From NCBI GenBank assembly GCA_002441305.1, contig DJVT01000014.1, forward strand, positions 2,859-66,858: a stretch of 64,000 nucleotides of DNA, written 5' to 3'. The notes under the pieces were generated by a model that was not told the DNA's origin, made no database searches, and worked only from the letters and a program-made list of their open reading frames with translations. Of this stretch, positions 9,432 through 17,198 are shown piece by piece; the stretch's first letter is position 1; every line of letters starts with the position of its first letter. A program made the translations under genes and the position numbers. The stretch is from Candidatus Omnitrophica bacterium UBA6249. Its GTDB lineage: Bacteria > Omnitrophota > Gorgyraeia > Gygaellales > Profunditerraquicolaceae.

Positions 9432-10790
9432 TTAGAAATCAACCTGCGCCCTCATCCCCCCGATAAAGATACCGCCGGTATTATCGGCTACATCCTTGCC
9501 GAACGGATTCCAGATATACTGGAAGTCCGGGCTGACAGACAAATGGTCGTTAATATGTATCCTGTAATATGCCTCAAGATGCCCTTCTGTCTTCGCACGC
9601 AGGTTATTGGCCTTCTTGTATTCGTCGGAAGGCATGACCTGACCCACGGCAAAAGCGAAAACATCATTATCCCTGCCCCAGGCCGAACCTTCTACCTGAA
9701 AACCCGCACTCCAGGACTGCTCCAGGGAGTAATTCGATCCGTCTGAGGCGGTTATATCCGGATTATATACATCCCCATCCTGCCAGCCGTAACGCGTAAA
9801 GAGCGTCACGATATTATTGACCTTCTGGTCAAAACTCAGGCCGAAGCCGTAAGCTGCCTCCTTGTTCTTTGCGCTATCCGTCCATTTAGTGTGGTTGGTA
9901 TTGTTATTCCAGGCGTAAAAACGGTAGTTGCCGGGGAGCTTAAAGAAATTCGTCTTGAAAGAAACCTGCCCTATATTAAACAGGTTATCCCCGATCTTCT
10001 CCCAATCGCTGTTGCCGTCGAAGACCCCATACCCCAATTCCAGCCACTCCGCAGGAAGATAGGCCAAACGGATACCGCCGGTATTATCGGGAAACTCGAT
10101 TACCGGGGAGTTACGGAATATCCTGCCCAGAAATTGCGTAGTCTCGTCATTGGCTGCCTCGTTCTGGTCAAAATATGCCCCCGGGTCAAGCTTGCCGAAG
10201 GTCACGGCGACTTTATTGTTGAATAAATTCTGTTCATACCAAAACTCCGTTACCTCGACCTTGGCGTCGCTGTCCCCGGCGTCACGGTTGACGTTACTGT
10301 ATAAGCTAAGGTTTTCCTCCAGGCCCGCGCCCTGCCCCGCCTCAAGATGCACAAATGCCCTGCCGTTAACCTCTCTGAACTCTTTGGATAAGGTGACATC
10401 AGCCGAATAAGAAGCATCGGCCCGGCCTTCTTTCCCGGTCTGTCCGTCCCGGTAATTGCTATTGTTAGTGCCCTGGACGATCATCGTGCCGCCTATCCCG
10501 AGCTCAAGATCCTCCATCAGTTCAATCGGCTTGCTGGGGACACGGTGGAGTTTCTCCTCGAAGCGGGAGAGCTGTGACTCATACTGGGAGATCTTCTCCT
10601 GCTGCTCGGAAGACTCCTCTTTCTGCTTGGCAATATAAGAATCCTGGTCGGCTACCTTCTTTTCCAAGGCCTCGATACGGGCCTGCATCCGGCGGAGCGT
10701 CTCCTGGATATCCGCTTCATCCGCGCAGGAAACTGCCGAGAGCATAAAGATAAAAACTGTAAGTATGCCAAGAATCATTGCTGAACGCAT
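9432..10790 (-). CDS. OprB-family (carbohydrate-selective/cation-uptake type) outer-membrane porin with N-terminal coiled-coil segment
   Basis: 452-aa ORF with a signal peptide and a heptad-like region (EALEKKVADQDSYIAKQKEESSEQQEKISQYESQLSRFEEKL). The beta-barrel-type sequence carries OprB-like blocks (VEVTEFWYEQNLFNNKVAVTFGKLD, YFDQNEAANDETTQFL) and ends in a terminal aromatic residue (...RAQVDF). Confidence 0.7.
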   Translation of the reverse strand: MRSAMILGILTVFIFMLSAVSCADEADIQETLRRMQARIEALEKKVADQDSYIAKQKEESSEQQEKISQYESQLSRFEEKLHRVPSKPIELMEDLELGIGGTMIVQGTNNSNYRDGQTGKEGRADASYSADVTLSKEFREVNGRAFVHLEAGQGAGLEENLSLYSNVNRDAGDSDAKVEVTEFWYEQNLFNNKVAVTFGKLDPGAYFDQNEAANDETTQFLGRIFRNSPVIEFPDNTGGIRLAYLPAEWLELGYGVFDGNSDWEKIGDNLFNIGQVSFKTNFFKLPGNYRFYAWNNNTNHTKWTDSAKNKEAAYGFGLSFDQKVNNIVTLFTRYGWQDGDVYNPDITASDGSNYSLEQSWSAGFQVEGSAWGRDNDVFAFAVGQVMPSDEYKKANNLRAKTEGHLEAYYRIHINDHLSVSPDFQYIWNPFGKDVADNTGGIFIGGMRAQVDF

Positions 10791-10805
10791 CTTTCCTCCT
10801 TTTAC

Positions 10806-10826
10806 AAACAGAACTTATTTCTGTTT
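10806..10826. promoter_or_regulatory. perfect 8-5-8 inverted repeat (AAACAGAA-cttat-TTCTGTTT) between zur and the porin gene; candidate Zur operator or RNA hairpin
   Basis: Read directly from the sequence. The core is AGAA-N5-TTCT, the same architecture as the palindrome upstream of zur (11276-11290). It lies 16-36 nt upstream of the porin ATG. Confidence 0.35.
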
Positions 10827-10842
10827 CCTGTTTAAAAAAAAT

Positions 10843-11259
10843 TTACCCCTTGGAGCAGGCGGCGCATACGCCGTTTACCTGCATAAAGTGACTGATCACT
10901 TTATAACCCTTGATCTTTTTCATATCCTTGATCGCGCAGTCCTTTATCTCATCCACCCTGCCGCATTTGATGCATGTTATATGATGGTGATGATAATCCC
11001 CGTGCGCGGCCGAACAAAGGCCGTAATGCCTCCTGCGGTCAAACTGCTGTATCCTCGTCAGGATGCCGCACTTTACAAGGCTCTCTAAGTTACGGTATAC
11101 GCTGGGCAGCCCGCAACGGTCGAACTTCTTCTTGAGCCTGCCCCATACATCCTCGGCTGTCAGATGGCTGTCGCAGGCCAAAAAGAGCTTGATGATCGCC
11201 TGCCTGCGCGGGGTAAGTTTGAACCCGCCCTCTTTTAATCTGTTCAAGTATTTATCCAT
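10843..11259 (-). CDS. zur: Fur-family metalloregulator, Zur by genomic context
   Basis: MDKYLNRLKEGGFKLTPRRQAIIKLF... (winged helix), His cluster HGDYHHHHITCIKCG, and two CxxC pairs (CIKC, CAAC). The gene heads the znu operon. I chose the start at the Met at 11259; the track ORF extends to 11322 through promoter-like sequence. Confidence 0.8.
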   Translation of the reverse strand: MDKYLNRLKEGGFKLTPRRQAIIKLFLACDSHLTAEDVWGRLKKKFDRCGLPSVYRNLESLVKCGILTRIQQFDRRRHYGLCSAAHGDYHHHHITCIKCGRVDEIKDCAIKDMKKIKGYKVISHFMQVNGVCAACSKG

Positions 11260-11275
11260 GCGCTTTTTTCGTAAA

Positions 11276-11290
11276 TAGAAAATATTTCTA
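11276..11290. promoter_or_regulatory. perfect 6-3-6 palindrome TAGAAA-ata-TTTCTA upstream of zur; candidate autoregulatory Fur/Zur-family operator
   Basis: Read directly from the sequence, 17-31 nt upstream of the zur ATG. It shares the AGAA-N5-TTCT core with 10806-10826. Confidence 0.4.
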
Positions 11291-11393
11291 ATTAGTTTAC
11301 CAAAGCATGCCTGCCCTGTCAATGGCTAAGACCAAAAAATCCCCGGCAGAAATAATCTGCCGGGGAGATAAGATAACTTATTCCTAAGTTGTC

Positions 11394-12266
11394 TCAGATA
11401 TCTATCCCGAAAACATTCCTTATGACCAAACCGATGGAGAAGTTGATTATCGCCGCGCCCAGGCTGATGCAGCCCATCTCCAGAAAACGCTTCCTGAAAT
11501 CAAGCCCCTTGGAGACCGATATATAAAAAGTAAAAATGAATATCAAAAGAAGCATATCGAAAATAACCAGGGCAAGGCAAAGAAATATATTCTCGAACAG
11601 AAAATAAGGCAGCACAAGCAGTACAACCGCCCCCACATAGGCAATCCCGGTATACACACTCGCCTTGAGGGGATTTTTGTCTGTCTCCTCCTGCTTGGTG
11701 GAAAGATACTCCGAGGCCGCCATGGATAATGAGGCGGCGATCCCCGTGATCAAACCCACGATAGCCACAAGCCTTGTCTTCTGGAGCGCAAGGGTAAAAC
11801 CCACCAGGGCCCCGCTTAGCTCCACCAAGGCGTCATTCAGCCCCAACACCATAGAGCTGACATATTTGAGGCGCTCTTCGTTAATCAGACTGATCAGCTC
11901 GTTCTCGTGCCTATTCTCATCCTTTACTATCTGTTCGAACTTGGGAGAAATGTCCTTCAGATCGCCGTCATAGGTATCCTGGACAAGGTCTTCGCCTTTT
12001 TCCATGAGCTTGAGCCCGAAATTCAAACCGAAAATACGGGAGACAAAAACGTAGAAAAATATCTTGAAACGATCGGGCCGGACTTCGTCCTGTGTAACGC
12101 TTTTAAAGAATTCATAGTGGGCGAACTCCTCGGCGGATATGCGCTCTAGGATGCCGGCATGGTCTTTTGACTTCACGATGGCGGCAAGCTTCTTATAGAT
12201 TATATGCTCGGTGAGCTCGCTCTTCTGGGCCTTAAGGACTCTTTTTTTTAGACTTTTCTCCAGCAT
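11394..12266 (-). CDS. MbfA-like iron/manganese exporter: N-terminal ferritin-like (erythrin) domain fused to VIT1/CCC1 membrane domain
   Basis: The N-terminus (ELTEHIIYKKLA...EEFAHYEFF...DENRHENEL) has ferritin-like di-iron ligand spacing. The C-terminal half is polytopic, with VIT1-type motifs (GLNDALVELSGALVG..., SMAASEYLS). Confidence 0.75.
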   Translation of the reverse strand: MLEKSLKKRVLKAQKSELTEHIIYKKLAAIVKSKDHAGILERISAEEFAHYEFFKSVTQDEVRPDRFKIFFYVFVSRIFGLNFGLKLMEKGEDLVQDTYDGDLKDISPKFEQIVKDENRHENELISLINEERLKYVSSMVLGLNDALVELSGALVGFTLALQKTRLVAIVGLITGIAASLSMAASEYLSTKQEETDKNPLKASVYTGIAYVGAVVLLVLPYFLFENIFLCLALVIFDMLLLIFIFTFYISVSKGLDFRKRFLEMGCISLGAAIINFSIGLVIRNVFGIDI

Positions 12267-12296
12267 CGTTCTGCCTTAATTTATGAAGTTAATACT

Positions 12297-13007
12297 TCAG
12301 GATAACTGCACTTTGACTTGTTCGCGCAGGCGGATAAAATCGCTTGCCGCAAGACCGAGAGTTTCTATGGGAGGGAATACTTTTATTGCACAGGTTCTCT
12401 TGGTTGTAAACCTCCAGCTTCCTTTTGGGATAGCGTTTCTCGTCCCTTCGATTAAAACAGGCAGGATAGGGACCTTTTCTTTTATGGCCAGCTTGAACGC
12501 CCCGTTCTGAAATTCGCCTATTCCGTCATTATCGCTCCTGGTCCCTTCCGGGAAAAATACAACCGAGACCTTCTTGCGCAGCCATCCCCCGGCTTCTTTA
12601 TAAACTCTTTTAATGCTCGATAGGTTGCCGCGCTTGAGCCTTATATGACGGGCAAGCCTCATATTCCAGCCTAAGATCGGGATCTTGAAAAGGGCATCCT
12701 TGGCTACCCATTTGAACTGCATCTTCGTCTTGTACATCAATACAATATCGGCCAGGCTCTGATGGTTGGACACAACGACGTATGTCCTTTTGTGGTCGAT
12801 ATTCTCGAGACCTCCGACCTGCACATCCCAATAAGGATTGAAAGCTATAAGGGCATCCGCCCACCAGAAGCACTGGGCATGGACAATCCTGCGCTTTTTA
12901 TCAAATGGATAAAGTATCAACGATAGGAAAGCCATGACCAGGAATAATACTATGATCAATGTAGCCCCCACTATCCATATGCCGATCGAAGATATCGACT
13001 GTTTCAT
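12297..13007 (-). CDS. plsC: 1-acyl-sn-glycerol-3-phosphate acyltransferase
   Basis: N-terminal TM helix, catalytic HX4D block (SNHQSLADI) and FPEGTRS block. Confidence 0.85.
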   Translation of the reverse strand: MKQSISSIGIWIVGATLIIVLFLVMAFLSLILYPFDKKRRIVHAQCFWWADALIAFNPYWDVQVGGLENIDHKRTYVVVSNHQSLADIVLMYKTKMQFKWVAKDALFKIPILGWNMRLARHIRLKRGNLSSIKRVYKEAGGWLRKKVSVVFFPEGTRSDNDGIGEFQNGAFKLAIKEKVPILPVLIEGTRNAIPKGSWRFTTKRTCAIKVFPPIETLGLAASDFIRLREQVKVQLS

Positions 13008-13063
13008 AATCCCAACCCGCCCCCCTGCAAAATTGTGTTTCTGACCTGAAAAAAGACTCGGTT

Positions 13064-13102
13064 AAAACAAAAGGCCCGTACTAAATATATTATAGCCGGG
13101 CC
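13064..13102 (-). terminator. rho-independent terminator downstream of cspA copy 1
   Basis: Minus strand reads GGCCCG-(18 nt loop)-CGGGCC followed by TTTTGTTTT, beginning 15 nt after the cspA stop. Confidence 0.6.
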
Positions 13103-13116
13103 TTTTGCTGTTTAGG

Positions 13117-13317
13117 TTATAATTTGACTACGTTAACAGCCTGATCGCCTTTGGGCCCTTTGGTGATTTCAAATTCCACCTGCTGACCTTCAGCTAAAGA
13201 CTTATATCCCTCACCTTGAATTGCGCTGTGATGCACGAATACATCGTTGCCGTTTTCAGGAGTGATGAATCCATAACCTTTCTGATCGCTGAACCATTTC
13301 ACTGATCCTTTTGCCAT
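13117..13317 (-). CDS. cspA: cold-shock protein, CspA family (copy 1)
   Basis: 66 aa: [69 protein letters not shown]1 (KGYGFI) and RNP2 (VFVHH) are present, and there is a strong SD (GGAAGGAGG). Confidence 0.95.
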   Translation of the reverse strand: MAKGSVKWFSDQKGYGFITPENGNDVFVHHSAIQGEGYKSLAEGQQVEFEITKGPKGDQAVNVVKL

Positions 13318-13422
13318 TGTTTGCTACCTCCTTCCCCTTTAAATTATAGTAAACTGTTAGAAATCTGCATCACTTTTCCCTCTATAGACATGAACTTCTA
13401 ACAGGCAAACAATGACCGCAAA

Positions 13423-13477
13423 TAAAAAACCGCAAGGTTAGATCTCCTAATCCTCGCGGCCTAAGACTTCTAATCTT
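13423..13477 (-). promoter_or_regulatory. leader element of cspA-1: GATTAGA box plus terminator-like hairpin and U6 tract
   Basis: Minus strand reads AGATTAGAAGTCTTAGG-CCGCGAGG-attaggagatctaa-CCTTGCGG-TTTTTT. It lies downstream of the predicted promoter and about 105 nt upstream of the ATG. Confidence 0.5.
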
Positions 13478-13492
13478 TTTAACTACACAGTT

Positions 13493-13520
13493 AGATTACC
13501 ACATCTGTGTTATTTGTCAA
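13493..13520 (-). promoter_or_regulatory. sigma70-type promoter of cspA-1
   Basis: Minus strand has TTGACA (13520-13515), a 16-nt spacer and TAATCT (13498-13493). The same layout is conserved at cspA-2. Confidence 0.6.
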
Positions 13521-13732
13521 GCAATCATTACTGAAATTACACATTGCAATGAATTATGAAATTTAAGGGAAGTACTAATATGAAACGAATGGCAACCGCA
13601 CGGTATTTATAAGCATATATTACGGTATATTTATAGCCAATATAAGAACAATTGTGCCTTTAGAGAGATAGTTCCCATCAGAGTTTGTCCGTTTTGTCCG
13701 ACCCTTTTCAGGACTAAAAGATAGCATCCCTT

Positions 13733-16225
13733 TTAACTGGTAAAAACCAAGTTCAGGCTTTTTGCGCTTCCGGATCCCAAAACTACAAGCATCTCCCTTA
13801 ACACCGGATCAGCCGAATCACAGCTCTGCTCTTCCATCCTTAAGATATCCGAAATACAGGAGAGCATCTTTCCAGCATCGCTATCCAGGTTACCGCTAAC
13901 ATAACTTGCGGCAAAATATTCCTTCAAACGCTCAGCCGAAGGAGTAATCCCCGAATTGACCAAATGCTCTATATCCAACCACTCCTTAACCAGGTCTATC
14001 CGCTGCAGACCGACACGGGGCATTAACTGTATGCTGGCGGTCAAACTGTCCATGGAACGCGTAACGATAGGAAGCGAACGGAAATCAATGCCGCCGGGAG
14101 CGGTTGGAGATAAAGCTGATGAGTCTCTTCGAGAAACAAACTTCGGAGAATTATCGTCTTTACTCACACACCAGACACTTCTCTCGCCGCCGTAATCACT
14201 ATAAACCCCTATGGATTGCATGGAAAAATGGCCAGCTTTTTTTAAATATCTCCAAATATTCCTTCCTTGGTTAGGATTAAAAGATTGTTTAAATTCGGAA
14301 GAATTCTCCCTCCTGCTATATAACTCTTTATCATCTGACCCGATAAAGATAAACCCGTTACCCGGAATAAGTAATTTCAGCATCTCCGACGCAGTATTCT
14401 CCGTAGCATAATAACCCGCTCCGTTGAACGTCAATACGTTAAACCCTCCCTGTATTTCCTCCGGAATAAAATCTTCTTTCATGAGATCGCGATTAGCATA
14501 GACTATGACTTTTCTCTCGACCCCTTTGTAAACAAATACCGCCTCGAATTTACCTTCCGAAAACTCACGGAACCGCAAGGTATCAACGACCGACTTTCCT
14601 GTTTTAGGATCATATACCCGAGAAAGGTTAATCCGGATACCATTTTGAAATTCCTGGAAATTGAAATTTGCGCGGTCCGCTCCGATCAAAGTACCAAAAT
14701 CAGTCTCAATGAGTGGAATAGCCACATCAATGCCTACCATCTGCATCAGCCCTGTTCCTCGGTCACACTTTCTGTTATCCGGAAAACCAATGCCGATATA
14801 ATAAACTAGCGGCGGACTACTCAATTTGGATTTCAAATAATTACGGTGTTTTACCAGCACTGCCGCTTCAAACCACATCATCTGCGCAACCACAAGTTCC
14901 CACATAAAAATTTCTTCTCCGGAATTATTAACAACCCTAAGATTAGGATTACCGGAGAAATCGAAATCGTCTCTTTTAGAGAAACGCTCATCCTCGATCC
15001 CTTCGTCTATTGAGCTCTCGGACTCCTCCGCCTGCCTCTTGACATCATCTATTTCCAACCCATCCTCAGCATTAACTTCTATTTTCAGATTATCATACCT
15101 ATCCATGCCGGGAGCAACAGGTAAAACTGCCTTATTCCCAGCAGTTCCCACCGGCATAGCCAATTCCCGGGCGAATTGACTATCTTGCGGAACCAAGATC
15201 ATCCCTCCCGAGAAATAACTCCTAACTGACTGCCCATAAGGCGTATATACCGGTTCTTTGATATTGTATTGACCCTTAGCGAAGTTATCTTTATAGGCGT
15301 TAAAGTAGGTATCGACTGAATACGGAATGGGGGTCTGAAGATTAGTCAGATCCATTCGGTTAATCAATCCGGCATACGGAACATTCTTACCCTGATTTCT
15401 GGCTTTAAACCACTGAGCCAAAATAAGAGAATAATAAACCTGCCGGAGAGCGGCATACCTCCTGGAATTGTTGATCCGCCTGGTCAACTTGGGAAGAATT
15501 TCTTCCCGGATAAGCTGAGATGAATATTCATTAAGTTGTTTCTGTCGGGGGTCTCCGAAAGAATAAACCGCATCGCCTTTTAAATAATCCTGCTCCAGCA
15601 TAACCTTCAGCGAGGCCTTGTAAATGTAGGCCGAACCAGTTGACTCGCCGATAATTATTTCATCCGGGACAATCCAAGGACGGGTTAAAGTCGGGATAGA
15701 GACATTCTGACTGCCGTAAATTTCTCCCGCTTTCTTATAAAGCTTATCCCAATACTCCCTGCCTTCAGAGGTAGCCGGACTAGTGGCTTCAGCGGTATCC
15801 TTCTTTAATTGCAAATCTGCCTCCAGAAGAATCCGGCCGACTTCGGTTTTAGCCAACAATGGATCGATAATTTTATCCGGAGAGTCCGGCCGCAGGTTAA
15901 CCCAAAAGATATTATCAGGCAAGGTAACGCCGGTTAAAAAATAGCTGAGCAGATCCCTAGTGGTGTCTTTTATTTCTTGTGAAGAAACATCCTTGGCGTC
16001 TCCTTTATCCAGGACCAACCCCAGTTTATTATTAACGATGCTAAAAGATACCGATCTTAAATGCAGGGGCCGGAATTTATCCGGCGAAAGCGCGTTACCG
16101 GTGAGAGTAAAATAAGAAACAACATCCAGCTCAAGTGCAGCAACCTGGGCAAAACCGGATTGCTGAAAAACAAACAAGCCGCAAAGAATAATCGATATAA
16201 TTTTTAAACTCTTTGCTCTTTTCAT
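13733..16225 (-). CDS. large secreted protein of unknown function (830 aa)
   Basis: Uninterrupted 830-aa ORF with a signal peptide (MKRAKSLKIISIILCGLFVFQQSGFA/QV). I recognise no catalytic motif. There is an acidic linker (DDVKRQAEESESSIDEGIEDERF) and a C-terminal PGGIDFRSLP motif. The gene is flanked by about 400 nt of non-coding DNA on each side. Confidence 0.75.
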   Translation of the reverse strand: MKRAKSLKIISIILCGLFVFQQSGFAQVAALELDVVSYFTLTGNALSPDKFRPLHLRSVSFSIVNNKLGLVLDKGDAKDVSSQEIKDTTRDLLSYFLTGVTLPDNIFWVNLRPDSPDKIIDPLLAKTEVGRILLEADLQLKKDTAEATSPATSEGREYWDKLYKKAGEIYGSQNVSIPTLTRPWIVPDEIIIGESTGSAYIYKASLKVMLEQDYLKGDAVYSFGDPRQKQLNEYSSQLIREEILPKLTRRINNSRRYAALRQVYYSLILAQWFKARNQGKNVPYAGLINRMDLTNLQTPIPYSVDTYFNAYKDNFAKGQYNIKEPVYTPYGQSVRSYFSGGMILVPQDSQFARELAMPVGTAGNKAVLPVAPGMDRYDNLKIEVNAEDGLEIDDVKRQAEESESSIDEGIEDERFSKRDDFDFSGNPNLRVVNNSGEEIFMWELVVAQMMWFEAAVLVKHRNYLKSKLSSPPLVYYIGIGFPDNRKCDRGTGLMQMVGIDVAIPLIETDFGTLIGADRANFNFQEFQNGIRINLSRVYDPKTGKSVVDTLRFREFSEGKFEAVFVYKGVERKVIVYANRDLMKEDFIPEEIQGGFNVLTFNGAGYYATENTASEMLKLLIPGNGFIFIGSDDKELYSRRENSSEFKQSFNPNQGRNIWRYLKKAGHFSMQSIGVYSDYGGERSVWCVSKDDNSPKFVSRRDSSALSPTAPGGIDFRSLPIVTRSMDSLTASIQLMPRVGLQRIDLVKEWLDIEHLVNSGITPSAERLKEYFAASYVSGNLDSDAGKMLSCISDILRMEEQSCDSADPVLREMLVVLGSGSAKSLNLVFTS

Positions 16226-16500
16226 CTTAGCCTACCGGGCTTTGAGTTAAGTATGCTATATAAATAAGGAAAAACAAGGCTAAGCCAACGAAAAAAGAAA
16301 GCGTTTTCTTACAAAAATAGCAATGGGAACCATTTCTTTTAAGGAAAATGATATTTCTAAAGATAAGGTCAATTATTGCAGTTTTACCAACGGGAACAAT
16401 TCCCTAACTCTTTAGCTCCCTAGGACATAAAAATAGCGCTGATCCTATCCAAGAATCAACGCTATCATTCATTTGCCTCTCCCGTCGAGGGGGATATTAC

Positions 16501-16528
16501 TGGGATCCCTGACGGGACTCGAACCCAG
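16501..16528 (-). other. orphan tRNA 3' fragment (T-arm, 3' acceptor strand, discriminator, CCA)
   Basis: Minus strand reads CTGGG-TTCGAGT-CCCGT-CAGGGAT-C-CCA. No complementary 5' acceptor strand (ATCCCTG), D-arm or anticodon arm lies upstream, so this is not a functional tRNA. Confidence 0.5.
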
Positions 16529-16624
16529 GACTTAATCCTACTTAATTAACCCTCCTTCAATTTAACTTTACAACTCTCAGAATTCTTGCTCCGCGTTTAA
16601 AACTAGGAACCCTGATCCTACAAC

Positions 16625-16768
16625 CTATACCTTTAGTTCTCCTTCCTTTAAAATATCCCTGCATTTCAAACAAACTATCAATCTTTCTTTTTTCTCCTTT
16701 ATCACTTTGAAAAATGTTACCAAGTAATTGTGTTGTAGCTTATTCCCGCATCTCATACAGCTTTTCAT
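16625..16768 (-). CDS. small zinc-ribbon protein (47 aa from the SD-supported start)
   Basis: MKSCMRCGNKLQHNYLVTFFKVIKEKKERLIVCLKCRDILKEGELKV has two CxxC pairs. AAGGAG lies 8 nt upstream of the ATG at 16768. The track ORF starts at 16807. Confidence 0.45.
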   Translation of the reverse strand: MKSCMRCGNKLQHNYLVTFFKVIKEKKERLIVCLKCRDILKEGELKV

Positions 16769-16827
16769 TTTAGCTTCTCCTTTATTTGCCCTTATGGATG
16801 AAACCACACCTACATAGCGCTATCTTT

Positions 16828-17019
16828 TTAAGAACTACCGCATTTTTTCAAGGAAGCTGCTTTTTTACTGATCTGGCCAAATTGCCTGAGATGAACATGA
16901 CAGTATATTTCGTGGTTATAAATGCTTAAAATCTGCTTGCAGTGAGGAAATTTACACTTTCTTCCTTTACAGGAGGTTTTTATTTTTTTGATATCTATCC
17001 TTTTCCGACTATCCAGCAC
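16828..17019 (-). CDS. small Cys/His-rich basic protein (63 aa), possible zinc finger
   Basis: Contains ...CKGRKCKFPHCKQILSIYNHEIYCHVH... The only available start is GTG, with no clear SD, so the coding status is uncertain. Confidence 0.3.
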   Translation of the reverse strand: MLDSRKRIDIKKIKTSCKGRKCKFPHCKQILSIYNHEIYCHVHLRQFGQISKKAASLKKCGSS

Positions 17020-17198
17020 ATAGCATTGTTACGATCAGTCCATTCGCGGATAATCCTATACCCCATAAAACGAAAGAACGCATTACGGAAATTGAATTTA
17101 AAAAGAAACGCAAAGAACTTAGAGAAAGAATAAATTCTGTATAGGCGCTTAAGACATTAAGCTGCAGCTGCCTGGCGGATAGCATTCTCGGTTAAAAA

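Larger units (their letters stand above)
13095..13520. repeat. cspA locus duplication, copy A (terminator edge, CDS, ~170-nt 5' UTR, promoter)
   Basis: Aligns by eye along its full length with 17899-18326 in the same orientation, at roughly 80-90% identity (not computed). Promoter hexamers, leader hairpin, anti-AUG block and SD are all shared. Confidence 0.8.

Noticed and set aside
16501-16620. Possible complete tRNA gene around the T-arm/CCA fragment
   Set aside because: No 5' acceptor strand complementary to CAGGGAT, no D-arm and no credible anticodon arm lie within 120 nt upstream. I report it only as a fragment.
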